The notes under the pieces: model-generated
The model's input: the letters and a program-made list of their open reading frames with translations, nothing else
Databases searched by the model: none
What the model was told of the DNA's origin: nothing
Translations under genes and position numbers: made by a program
From: an uncultured Pseudomonadota bacterium
GTDB taxonomy: Bacteria; Pseudomonadota; Alphaproteobacteria; RF32; CAG-239
Assembly (NCBI GenBank): GCA_902795745.1
Contig: CADBMG010000078.1
Span: forward strand, 1-32,609
Direction of reading: 5' to 3'
Length of the DNA: 32,609 nucleotides
Shown: positions 24,869 to 32,609 of the stretch, one piece after another
Numbering within the stretch: position 1 is the stretch's first letter
Layout of the letters: every line of letters starts with the position of its first letter

Positions 24869-26031
24869 TGCAAGCAAAGAAAATAGTATATGACCATAAC
24901 GAAACATCCTTCGGCATTGCCGTTTTTGATGATAACGGATTGGCGGAAATTGATATTTATAATGCCAATCGTGCGGTGGAAGGTAACGTTTATTTGGGAC
25001 GCATTGTGAAGAAAATTAATTTAGCTAACGATAAATACGGCTTTATGGTTAACATAGGCGACGGTATTGAAGCTTTTTTAAGTTCTTATGAACCAGCCCT
25101 CAAGGAAGCAAATATGAATGAGGGGCAAAGTGTGGTGGTGCAGGTTGCACAGGAAAAACATGCGGAAAAAGGAGCAAAAGTTGTTCGTAATATTCAATTG
25201 GTTGGTGTGAACTTGGTTTATTGTCCGTTCAAATATGATGTTGAATATTCTCGCAAAATTGAGGATGTGGCAACTGCCGAAAAATATCAGAGACTGGTAA
25301 GAGAGCATTGTGTCGGTCAAGAAGGTTGGATTTTGCGTACAATTTCAGTTGAAGCCGAAGAACAGCAAATTTTAGATGAAATGAATGAATTGCGCAACAT
25401 TTATGAAAATATCCGTAAAAAAGCTCGCACATTGAGCGCGCCGGCTTTGCTTTTTGCTAAAGAAAATCCGTTATTGGAATATATTCGTCGCTACAAAGAT
25501 ACTTTGGAAGAAGTTGTTGTTGATTCGCCGAATTTGGTCGATGAAGTGAGTAAGGTTTTTGATGGAAAAGTAACTCAGCAACGTGACGGTTTCGAAGAAT
25601 ATGGCGTTGAAGATGAAATTGTTGAAGCGATGAATCGCACGGTTAAACTCAAAAACGGTGGAGCTTTGCAGATAGAAGAAACCAGAGCTTGTGTGGCAAT
25701 AGATGTTGACAGTAGCGGTGTTCATAATGCCGGAGATATTGATGCATTGAATATTGAAGCCGCTAAAGAAATTGCACGTCAAATCAGACTGCGTAATTTA
25801 GCCGGAAAGATAGTTATTGATTTTGCCGGATCATCAGAATATCGCTTTATGAAAAATGTTATAGATGTTTTGCATGAAGAATTGGCTGATGATGCTGCGC
25901 ATAGCCGTGTTTTGGGGTTAAGTCGCGGCGGAAATGTCGAAATTTTGCGACAACGTCGTCGTCCGAGTTTGCGTGATTTGTATACGGTGGAATGTCCAAC
26001 ATGCAGTGGCACAGGAAGGGTTGAGCCGTGA
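24868..26031 (+). CDS. rng: Short RNase E/G family ribonuclease.
   Basis: S1-like GNVYLGRIVKKIN...FMVNIGDG, a catalytic core (QIEETRACVAIDVDS, NIEAAKEIARQIRLRNLAGKIVIDF), and a C-terminal CPTCSGTG. There is a TAATG overlap with maf. At 387 aa it is shorter than E. coli RNase G. Confidence 0.85.
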   Translation: MQAKKIVYDHNETSFGIAVFDDNGLAEIDIYNANRAVEGNVYLGRIVKKINLANDKYGFMVNIGDGIEAFLSSYEPALKEANMNEGQSVVVQVAQEKHAEKGAKVVRNIQLVGVNLVYCPFKYDVEYSRKIEDVATAEKYQRLVREHCVGQEGWILRTISVEAEEQQILDEMNELRNIYENIRKKARTLSAPALLFAKENPLLEYIRRYKDTLEEVVVDSPNLVDEVSKVFDGKVTQQRDGFEEYGVEDEIVEAMNRTVKLKNGGALQIEETRACVAIDVDSSGVHNAGDIDALNIEAAKEIARQIRLRNLAGKIVIDFAGSSEYRFMKNVIDVLHEELADDAAHSRVLGLSRGGNVEILRQRRRPSLRDLYTVECPTCSGTGRVEP

Positions 26032-26240
26032 GCCGAGTTATAGTAACGCATAAATGTCCGATTTGTAAAAAAATATATACTGATGGGGCGTATGCTCCAT
26101 TTTGTTCTAAGCGATGTGCAGATGTTGATTTGGGGCGATGGTTTAACGGAAGTTACGCCGTAGCGTCGGAAGATTTAGACGAACTTGAAACGGAAGAATT
26201 AAGCGAGGCTTTGGAAAATGCACAAAAATCTGACCGCTAA
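26028..26240 (+). CDS. yacG: DNA gyrase inhibitor YacG (zinc finger).
   Basis: CPICKK...PFCSKRCADVDLGRWFNGSY followed by an acidic tail. It starts at a GTG overlapping the rng stop (GTGA). Confidence 0.9.
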   Translation: MSRVIVTHKCPICKKIYTDGAYAPFCSKRCADVDLGRWFNGSYAVASEDLDELETEELSEALENAQKSDR

Positions 26241-27348
26241 TCCCATAGATATTATGCAAAAAGAGGGCACAATTTATGTTGTGCCCCAAGGCAGTGTACT
26301 GCACTACGACAGCCAAAATGATTTACGAAAAATAGAAGGTTATACTTCCGGAGATGTTAAACAAATAACATTTTTGCCTGATAATTTGCAACAATGGGAT
26401 TCTTCACTGGTTCTGCTTGTTTTTATGGTTAAGCAAATGGCGCAAGCAAAAAATATTTCCGTTAATTTGGAAAAAATGCCGCAGAATTTACGTGATTTGG
26501 TAGATATGGCTTTTGCCGTTGATCGTAAGCCGGAACATAAAAGCAATAATCGTGGCGGAATATTGGAACAAGTTGGCAAACAAACATCAAATATTTTTTC
26601 AGCATTTACCAATGCACTTAATTTTTTCGGAGCGGTTTTTGTCGGCTTGGGACGTTTACTGAGTTTTCGTTCCGTAATGCGATATATTGATTTTTGCTCA
26701 GCATTGGACGATTGTGGGCCGAAAGCATTGGCAATAGTGTCACTCATCAGCTTTTTAGTAGGGTTGATTTTAGCATTTGTCGGAGTAGTACAGTTACAAA
26801 CATTCGGTGCACAAATATATGTGGCAAGTTTGGTTACTATCGGTATGTGCCGCATTATGGGGGCAATTATGGTTGGTATTATTATGGCAGGACGCACCGG
26901 ATCGTCTTATGCCGCCACAATCGGTACGATGCAGGTTAATGAAGAGTTAGATGCTCTGCAAACAATGGGATTTTCGCAAATTGATTTTTTAGTTATGCCG
27001 AGGTTATTGGCTCTTGTTTTGGCAATGCCTATATTAACAATGCTTGCCGATTTTATGGGAATGGTCGGCGGTGCTTTTGTCGGTGTTTTTATGATAGGTC
27101 TTCCTTATCAAGAATATTGGAAATACGCATTTGACGCATTTAGGTTGAATAACTTTTTAGTCGGAATCTTTCACGGTTTTTGTTTTGGAATTATTATCGC
27201 TCTGTGTGGTTGCTACTGTGGCTTAACCTGCGGTCGTGATGCTGACAGCGTGGGTGTTGCTACTACTCGTTCAGTAGTTCGTTCCGTAGTTTGGATGATT
27301 GTTATAACCGGTATTATTACGGTTGTATGTCAGGAGATAGGAATATGA
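26218..27348 (+). CDS. mlaE: MlaE-family lipid ABC transporter permease with an N-terminal STAS-like extension of about 115 aa.
   Basis: The C-terminal 260 aa or so have MlaE-type motifs (GPKALAIVSLISFLVG, AGRTGSSYAATIGTMQVNEELDAL). The N-terminal soluble extension resembles MlaB/STAS. It overlaps yacG by 23 nt, and an alternative start lies at 26254. Confidence 0.85.
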   Translation: MHKNLTANPIDIMQKEGTIYVVPQGSVLHYDSQNDLRKIEGYTSGDVKQITFLPDNLQQWDSSLVLLVFMVKQMAQAKNISVNLEKMPQNLRDLVDMAFAVDRKPEHKSNNRGGILEQVGKQTSNIFSAFTNALNFFGAVFVGLGRLLSFRSVMRYIDFCSALDDCGPKALAIVSLISFLVGLILAFVGVVQLQTFGAQIYVASLVTIGMCRIMGAIMVGIIMAGRTGSSYAATIGTMQVNEELDALQTMGFSQIDFLVMPRLLALVLAMPILTMLADFMGMVGGAFVGVFMIGLPYQEYWKYAFDAFRLNNFLVGIFHGFCFGIIIALCGCYCGLTCGRDADSVGVATTRSVVRSVVWMIVITGIITVVCQEIGI

Positions 27349-28100
27349 GTGGGCAAGCGGTAATAAATGTAAAAAATTTATCTGTGGGTTATGGCGATTA
27401 TGTTTTGTTGCGTGATGCAAATTACCAAGTAAATAAGGGCGATGTTTTTATCATTATGGGCGGTTCGGGATGCGGTAAAAGCAGTATGTTAAGGGTTCTT
27501 ACCGGATTAATTCCGCCTTTGAAAGGTGATGTTGAAATAAGCGGTGTTAATATTGCAACAGCACCAGATAAGGATATTCAAAAAATCAGAGAAAAATCGG
27601 GAATTTTGTACCAGAGCGGAGCTTTGTTCAGCTCAATGACTTTGGCTGAAAATATTATGTTACCATTACAGCAATATTCAGATTATTCTGCCTCCACAAT
27701 TCGCGAAATAGCTTCTCTGAAACTTGCACTGGTCGGTTTGAAAGGTTTTGATGATTTTTATCCATCCGAAATCAGTGGCGGGATGAAAAAACGTGCCGGT
27801 TTGGCAAGGGCTTTGGCACTGGATCCGGATATTGTTTATTTTGATGAACCATCAGCCGGACTTGATCCTATAAGTTCGCACAATTTGGACGAGCTTATAT
27901 TGGAAATAAATCGTAGTTTGGGTACAACAATTGTTGTGGTAACGCATGAGTTGAGTTCTATTTTTACTATTGGAAGCAACTCTATTTTTCTAGATGCCCA
28001 AAGCAAAACTATTATGGCGCGCGGCAATCCTAAAGAGTTATTAAAGAATCCGCCTAACGAGACGGTATATGAATTTTTAACACGAGGAGAAAAAAAATAA
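27345..28100 (+). CDS. mlaF: MlaF-like ABC transporter ATP-binding protein.
   Basis: Walker A GGSGCGKSS, Q-loop, signature ISGGMKKR, Walker B IVYFDEPSAGLD, H-loop VTHE. There is an ATGA overlap with mlaE and an AGGAGA SD. Confidence 0.85.
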   Translation: MSGQAVINVKNLSVGYGDYVLLRDANYQVNKGDVFIIMGGSGCGKSSMLRVLTGLIPPLKGDVEISGVNIATAPDKDIQKIREKSGILYQSGALFSSMTLAENIMLPLQQYSDYSASTIREIASLKLALVGLKGFDDFYPSEISGGMKKRAGLARALALDPDIVYFDEPSAGLDPISSHNLDELILEINRSLGTTIVVVTHELSSIFTIGSNSIFLDAQSKTIMARGNPKELLKNPPNETVYEFLTRGEKK

Positions 28101-28101
28101 A

Positions 28102-28881
28102 ATGCAACAGAAGAAAACATATAAATTAGTAGGTCTATTTGTTATAATAGGTTTTGTCTGCTTTATCGGTATAATAATGAGATATGCCGGAAACCAGTTG
28201 ATGGATAATAAAGACAATTTGGTAGTTATGTATTTTGAAGAATCCATCAGCGGCTTGAATGTGGGATCTTCGGTGGTATTTAAAGGTGTGGAAGTAGGTA
28301 AGGTGGCAGATATTAAACTTTGGGCAAATTTGCAAGAAGGAACATTTAAGATTCCGGTAATTGTCGCTTTTGATCCCAAGCGTAATTTGGGCGAAAAAAT
28401 CAATAAAGCGAAAATGTCAAACCGTGAAGTTTTGAACAGATTAATAAAAAAGGGTTTGCGTGCAAGGTTAGCTTCGGCAAATCTTTTAACTGGTCAATTG
28501 ATGATAGAATTAGTTATGGACCCGAAGGTTGAAGCAGTATTTCGCGGTAGTGGGCAATATTTGGAGGTGCCGACAGAGTTGTCTCCTTTTGCCTTGATTT
28601 CACAGGATTTAGAGGAGGTATCCCTTAGAGAATCGTTATCGCGTTTGGGTAATATAATTGAAGATTTAGAAGATAATTTACCGCAAATTTTAGAGAATAC
28701 TACGCGAATAACCGAAAAATTAGATAAGGCACTAGATAGAAACAGCGGCGAAGCATCTCAATCGATGAAGAGCTTTAATTCTGCAATGGAAGAAATAAGT
28801 AAGACCAGTCGCTCGATTAAAAATCTGACCGATTATTTGGAGCGTCATCCGGAAGCTTTATTGAGAGGAAAGGAAAAATAA
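28102..28881 (+). CDS. MCE-domain protein (MlaD/PqiB-like substrate-binding component) with a C-terminal helical extension.
   Basis: An N-terminal TM anchor, a single MCE-like beta domain (GLNVGSSVVFKGVEVGKVADI), and a helical C-terminus. There is a 1-nt gap to mlaF. Confidence 0.75.
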   Translation: MQQKKTYKLVGLFVIIGFVCFIGIIMRYAGNQLMDNKDNLVVMYFEESISGLNVGSSVVFKGVEVGKVADIKLWANLQEGTFKIPVIVAFDPKRNLGEKINKAKMSNREVLNRLIKKGLRARLASANLLTGQLMIELVMDPKVEAVFRGSGQYLEVPTELSPFALISQDLEEVSLRESLSRLGNIIEDLEDNLPQILENTTRITEKLDKALDRNSGEASQSMKSFNSAMEEISKTSRSIKNLTDYLERHPEALLRGKEK

Positions 28882-28882
28882 A

Positions 28883-29449
28883 ATGAAGAAGCTGATTTTA
28901 TGTTTATTTTTGACGTTGACGGCATGCAGTTGGCGCACGCCTAATTCTACTTTTTATATGATGAACAGTGATAATCTGTCGCAGGTTTCAACCCGCAAAG
29001 TAAATGTTGCCGTTTCTCGTGTTAAAGTGCCGGATTTGCTTGATAGACCGCAAATTGTGACTTATGAAAAGAACAGTGATGAAATTCAAATTAGTGAATT
29101 TGAGCGCTGGGGTGAAGTTTTTCCCGATGTGGTTCAGGCTACAATTACCAATGATTTGATGGCAATGTTGCCGAATGCGTATGTAAAACGAACATACTTT
29201 GACAATCAAAGTATGAACTATTCGGTAAATGTGGAAATCAATAAAATGGCGGCGTATCGCGGTGATAAGGTTATTTTTAGTGCATGGTGGAATATTATGA
29301 ATGCGTCAGGGCGCGTTCTAAAGCGCGGGCAAGAAACTTTTGAAGTTAAAGTTAAAGGTTCTTCAATGCGTGATTTGGTTGACGCACAGGCACAAGCGGT
29401 GCACCAGTTATCGAAAGTTATTGCCACAAATCTGAGTAAAGGAATTTAA
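28883..29449 (+). CDS. ABC-type transport auxiliary lipoprotein (PqiC/YmbA-like, DUF330).
   Basis: Lipobox LTLTAC at residues 11-16. The size of about 188 aa and the position directly after an MCE gene match the known PqiC-type arrangement. Confidence 0.7.
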   Translation: MKKLILCLFLTLTACSWRTPNSTFYMMNSDNLSQVSTRKVNVAVSRVKVPDLLDRPQIVTYEKNSDEIQISEFERWGEVFPDVVQATITNDLMAMLPNAYVKRTYFDNQSMNYSVNVEINKMAAYRGDKVIFSAWWNIMNASGRVLKRGQETFEVKVKGSSMRDLVDAQAQAVHQLSKVIATNLSKGI

Positions 29450-29464
29450 AAAACGGTCAAGACT

Positions 29465-30757
29465 ATGAAATATGATAACTACATACCTTTGAAAAATAAT
29501 CCTGATGCGTCGGAAACATCTTTTTGGATTAATTTCGCAGCGTTTATTGTGGTTTTAATGACTCTTTTGGGGCTACGTTTTGCCGGTTTTAAAGTGACGC
29601 CATATATGTTTTTGATAATGGCAGCTGTTTTAACTTTTACCATTGTTGTGTTGGAGAAGATATTTTATCCGCAAACGAATTTTTATCGCAGATGGCATAT
29701 CCGCCGCAAAGTCAGTTGGATCCACATTTTTTATAAGGAAATAACGTTATTGCTGACGCTTGGCGTCATCGGCTTTCTGTATTGGTTATTTCCGATGTAT
29801 TCTTATGATGATTTTACTTTGCGCTATTTCCCTTTTTTGCGGATTTTTGTGCCCATTTTGTTGTTGGGAAGCATACCTTATTTTTGCTTAATGGATAAGA
29901 TTGATGACGAACCGGAAGATGTTTATTACAAAATAGGATATGCCATAATACATCGGCAAAAAACATTGTCGCGTTTTGAACTGGGCAATTATGCTCGCAG
30001 TTGGTTGGTAAAAGGATTTTGGCTCAGTTTGATGCAACCGTATATGATGACGGATATTAACTGGTTGTTCAATCTTGTATGGGAAAATATAAAGAATAAG
30101 CCGATTGAATGGTTTTGGTTTGCCAACAGCTTTTGCTTTTTTATCGATTTAACTTTCGCATCGGTCGGATATTTGATGAACTTTAAATTGCTAAATTCGC
30201 AAACTCGAACCGCCGAACCGACGCTATTAGGCTGGATGGTGGCAATTATGTGCTATTGGCCGTTTTGGGGTGTTTTGTTCTATCAATATTTTTTCCGTTA
30301 TGAAAAAATTGGCTGGATGTCTGTCTTTGTAACGGAAAGTACTTGGTGGTGGGTTTGGTTTATATCCATAATTTTATTGGAACTTTTGTATGCTTTGGCA
30401 ACAGTTGCCGCCGGTATTCGCTTTTCTAATTTAACATATCGCGGATTATGGAATACCGGACCTTATAAATGGAGCAAACATCCGGCTTATGTTTGTAAAA
30501 ATATCAGTTGGTGGCTAATTGCTATGCCATTTATGATTAACAATACCGAAGAGGCAATAAAAGCGTGTTTTATGCTGATAGGGGTAAATGTAATCTATTA
30601 TTTGCGAGCCAAAACCGAGGAACGGCATTTGTCGCATTATCCGGAATATGAAGAATATGCCCTAAAAATGAATGAAAAAAGTATCTTTACCGGAGTGGCA
30701 AAAATTTTACCGTTCTTAAAATATAAGCCTCTGAAAAAAGAGGACAGATTGTTCTAG
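29465..30757 (+). CDS. Polytopic membrane protein with a C-terminal ICMT/PEMT-like methyltransferase-type domain.
   Basis: It has about 9-10 hydrophobic segments. The C-terminal region GLWNTGPYKWSKHPAYVCKNISWW...YYLRAKTEERHLSHYPEYEEYALKM resembles the GxY..RHPxY...EE..L...Y..Y pattern of isoprenylcysteine carboxyl/phospholipid methyltransferase-like proteins. The N-terminal 250 aa or so are unassigned. Confidence 0.55.
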   Translation: MKYDNYIPLKNNPDASETSFWINFAAFIVVLMTLLGLRFAGFKVTPYMFLIMAAVLTFTIVVLEKIFYPQTNFYRRWHIRRKVSWIHIFYKEITLLLTLGVIGFLYWLFPMYSYDDFTLRYFPFLRIFVPILLLGSIPYFCLMDKIDDEPEDVYYKIGYAIIHRQKTLSRFELGNYARSWLVKGFWLSLMQPYMMTDINWLFNLVWENIKNKPIEWFWFANSFCFFIDLTFASVGYLMNFKLLNSQTRTAEPTLLGWMVAIMCYWPFWGVLFYQYFFRYEKIGWMSVFVTESTWWWVWFISIILLELLYALATVAAGIRFSNLTYRGLWNTGPYKWSKHPAYVCKNISWWLIAMPFMINNTEEAIKACFMLIGVNVIYYLRAKTEERHLSHYPEYEEYALKMNEKSIFTGVAKILPFLKYKPLKKEDRLF

Positions 30758-30783
30758 ATGCAATGGTATGAAACCAACCGTCT

Positions 30784-30817
30784 GACACTTGCTTTTTATA
30801 AGTGGGTGTCTTTTTTT
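30784..30817 (+). terminator. Rho-independent terminator ending the dksA-to-ICMT-like gene chain.
   Basis: GACACTTGCTT-tttat-AAGTGGGTGTC: an 11-bp stem including 3 G-U pairs, followed by T7. Confidence 0.6.
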
Positions 30818-30851
30818 AATTTACATCCGATTACATACCTTTAAAATAATC

Positions 30852-30880
30852 TTGCAAAAAAATGCAAAATAAAGTATACT
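30852..30880 (+). promoter_or_regulatory. Candidate sigma70 promoter for rpoB.
   Basis: TTGCAA (30852-30857), 17-nt spacer, TATACT (30875-30880), about 190 nt upstream of the rpoB ATG. Confidence 0.5.
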
Positions 30881-31071
30881 CCGCACAGTTTAAAACAAGG
30901 TTCAATCTTGTGATAAAAAAATTATTTGGAGAATGCGGCTGAGTGGGCGGATTTGCCAGTGGTGCGGCCGATTCATTTTAAGACAATAGTAGATTTTAAC
31001 CTTCTGTTGACGGGATTGAGTTTTTTTCATAAGAATTGTCGCAGAATCAATATGTTAGAGGATAAAAACAG

Positions 31072-32609
31072 ATGACAGAGTCTTATACGGGCAAAAAGCG
31101 TGTAAGAAAGAATTTCGGCCGAATCGACGCAGTGATGGATATGCCGAATTTAATTGACGTGCAAACCGGCTCTTATTCGAGCTTTATTAATAATAAAGAT
31201 AACAAAGGTGAACATTGTGAATTCGGGTTGGAAGAAGTATTCAAATCCATTTTCCCGATTAAAGATTTTTCCGGTAACGGAGAATTGGAATTCGTTGATT
31301 ATGTTTTGGAAGAACCAAAATATGATGAAGATGAATGTATCAGACGCGATATGACGTATGCGGCGCCTATTAAAGCGACGTTACGTTTGGTTGTGTTTGA
31401 TAATGATGATGCAACGGGTACAAGATCGGTTCACGATGTTAAAGAACAGGCCGTCTATATGGGCGATATTCCGCTGATGACGGAAAAAGGAACGTTTATT
31501 TTCAACGGTACGGAACGTGTAGTTGTTTCTCAAATGCATCGTTCACCGGGAGTGTTTTATGACAGCGATGGCGGCAAAACAATTTCGTCAGGTAAAAAGC
31601 TGTTTTCGGCACGTATCATTCCATATCGCGGTTCATGGCTTGATTTTGAATTTGATGCCAAAGATTTAATTTATGCTCGTATTGATCGTCGCCGTAAATT
31701 ACCGGTTACATCAGTTTTGTATGCTCTTTATTCCAAAGAAACGGAAGAAAAATTGAAAAAGGGTCAAGAAGTTGCTCTTGAAAATATTCAAGGTATGGAT
31801 AAAGAAGAAATATTAAACTATTTCTACGAAACCGAGACTTATTTGGCTGATAAGAAAAATTGGAAGATGAAATTTGAACCGAAACGGATGAACGGTGTTA
31901 AATATCAATTTCCGTTGATTAATGCTGCCACCGGAGAAACCGTTTGGGATGCAGGTAAAAAGTTAACCGTGCGTTCAGCACAAAAGTTAGCTGATGAAGG
32001 CTTGGAATATTTTGTAGTTTCCAAAGATCAGCTCTATGGCAAGTTCTTGGCTAAAAATATTGTTATGCCGAAAACCGGAGAAGTTTTGGCCGAGGCAGGA
32101 GATGAAATTAACGAAGAATTGTTGGATAAATTGATTGCCGCAAAAATTAAAGAGATTGATGCTTTATATATTGACGGCTTGAACGTCGGGGCATATTTGC
32201 GGAATACTTTGGCAATTGATCGTAACCGCAATCGCCAAGATGCACTCTTGGATATTTATCGTGTTATGCGTCCGGGTGAGCCGGCAACATATGAAGCTGC
32301 TGATGCTTTGTTCAAGCAATTGTTCTTTGATCCGGAACGTTATGACTTGTCGGCCGTGGGTCGTGTTAAGATGAATGCATCTTTGGATACATCTTTTGAA
32401 GAAGCTCCTGATACATTGCGAGTTTTGCGCAAAGACGATATTTTAAAGATTATCAAAAAATTGATTAACATTCGTGATGGTAAAGGTACGGTTGATGATA
32501 TTGACCACTTAGGTAATCGTCGTGTACGTTCGGTTGGCGAATTGATGGAGAACCAATATCGTATGGGTCTTTTGAGAATGGAACGTGCTATCAGAGAAAA
32601 AATGAGCGC
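31072..32609 (+). CDS. rpoB: DNA-directed RNA polymerase beta subunit. Only the 5' part is present because the gene continues beyond the window.
   Basis: My own translation from the ATG at 31072 gives [38 protein letters not shown]...[17 protein letters not shown]...[23 protein letters not shown]...[24 protein letters not shown]. The frame stays open to the end of the window. It is absent from the ORF track because no stop codon is reached. Confidence 0.97.
   Translation, partial: MTESYTGKKRVRKNFGRIDAVMDMPNLIDVQTGSYSSFINNKDNKGEHCEFGLEEVFKSIFPIKDFSGNGELEFVDYVLEEPKYDEDECIRRDMTYAAPIKATLRLVVFDNDDATGTRSVHDVKEQAVYMGDIPLMTEKGTFIFNGTERVVVSQMHRSPGVFYDSDGGKTISSGKKLFSARIIPYRGSWLDFEFDAKDLIYARIDRRRKLPVTSVLYALYSKETEEKLKKGQEVALENIQGMDKEEILNYFYETETYLADKKNWKMKFEPKRMNGVKYQFPLINAATGETVWDAGKKLTVRSAQKLADEGLEYFVVSKDQLYGKFLAKNIVMPKTGEVLAEAGDEINEELLDKLIAAKIKEIDALYIDGLNVGAYLRNTLAIDRNRNRQDALLDIYRVMRPGEPATYEAADALFKQLFFDPERYDLSAVGRVKMNASLDTSFEEAPDTLRVLRKDDILKIIKKLINIRDGKGTVDDIDHLGNRRVRSVGELMENQYRMGLLRMERAIREKMS

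Noticed and set aside
26340-26897. 185-aa minus-strand ORF antisense to mlaE.
   Set aside because: It lies entirely within a gene with clear MlaE motifs, and it has no SD and no recognisable domain. Antisense ORFs in membrane-protein genes are common artefacts.
30933-30989. 18-codon mini-ORF (MRLSGRICQWCGRFILRQ) in the rpoB leader, directly after GGAGA.
   Set aside because: The SD-like GGAGA ends only 1 nt before the ATG, which is too close for normal initiation. The GC-rich patch is better explained as RNA secondary structure. A leader peptide cannot be excluded without conservation data.
1-32609. A by-eye search of all intergenic regions for CRISPR arrays, tRNA/rRNA/tmRNA genes, IS elements with inverted repeats, integrases, and direct repeats flanking the GC-anomalous segments.
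   Set aside because: I found no periodic repeat-spacer structure, no cloverleaf-compatible segment of about 75 nt, and no transposase or integrase-like ORF. I also found no obvious direct repeats flanking 5026-5646 or 17795-19819. A computational scan (tRNAscan, Infernal, repeat finders) would be needed to make this negative result firm.

Overview
This 32.6 kb window is a densely coding chromosomal segment from a low-GC bacterium. A hand-counted 60-nt block of ordinary coding sequence gave about 38% GC. The host is probably an alphaproteobacterium (inference). The evidence is a DUF1013 protein, a conserved small XRE regulator, a DksA variant with one Cys, maf-rng-yacG gene order, and efp next to suhB. 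I support about 31 protein genes, and most are housekeeping. They include rpmE, efp, suhB, trmB, map, radC, HU, truB-rpsO-pnp, dksA-maf-rng-yacG, an Mla/MCE-type lipid ABC transporter, and the 5' 1.5 kb of rpoB, which runs off the window end. I found no rRNA, tRNA, CRISPR array, transposase or integrase by eye. The points worth a second look are listed here. (1) A self-contained orphan gene of about 0.5 kb at 5083-5592 has roughly 55-60% GC and G/C-ending codons, with its own promoter and terminator, next to efp. (2) A block of moderately raised GC at 17.8-19.8 kb carries a LigB/Memo-like + AMMECR1 fusion with no radical-SAM partner, followed by an orphan 174-aa gene driven by a perfect consensus promoter. 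(3) Two unusual domain fusions: histidine phosphatase + QueH, and DUF1013 + a histone-H1-like K/A/T tail. (4) A membrane-anchored, strongly acidic orphan protein overlaps an incomplete yejA-yejB peptide-transporter pair. (5) A large ICMT-like membrane protein sits at the end of the Mla/PqiC cluster. (6) rpoB is detached from rplJL and has its own promoter and a GC-rich leader hairpin. All family assignments come from motifs recognised by eye in the supplied translations. No database search was possible.
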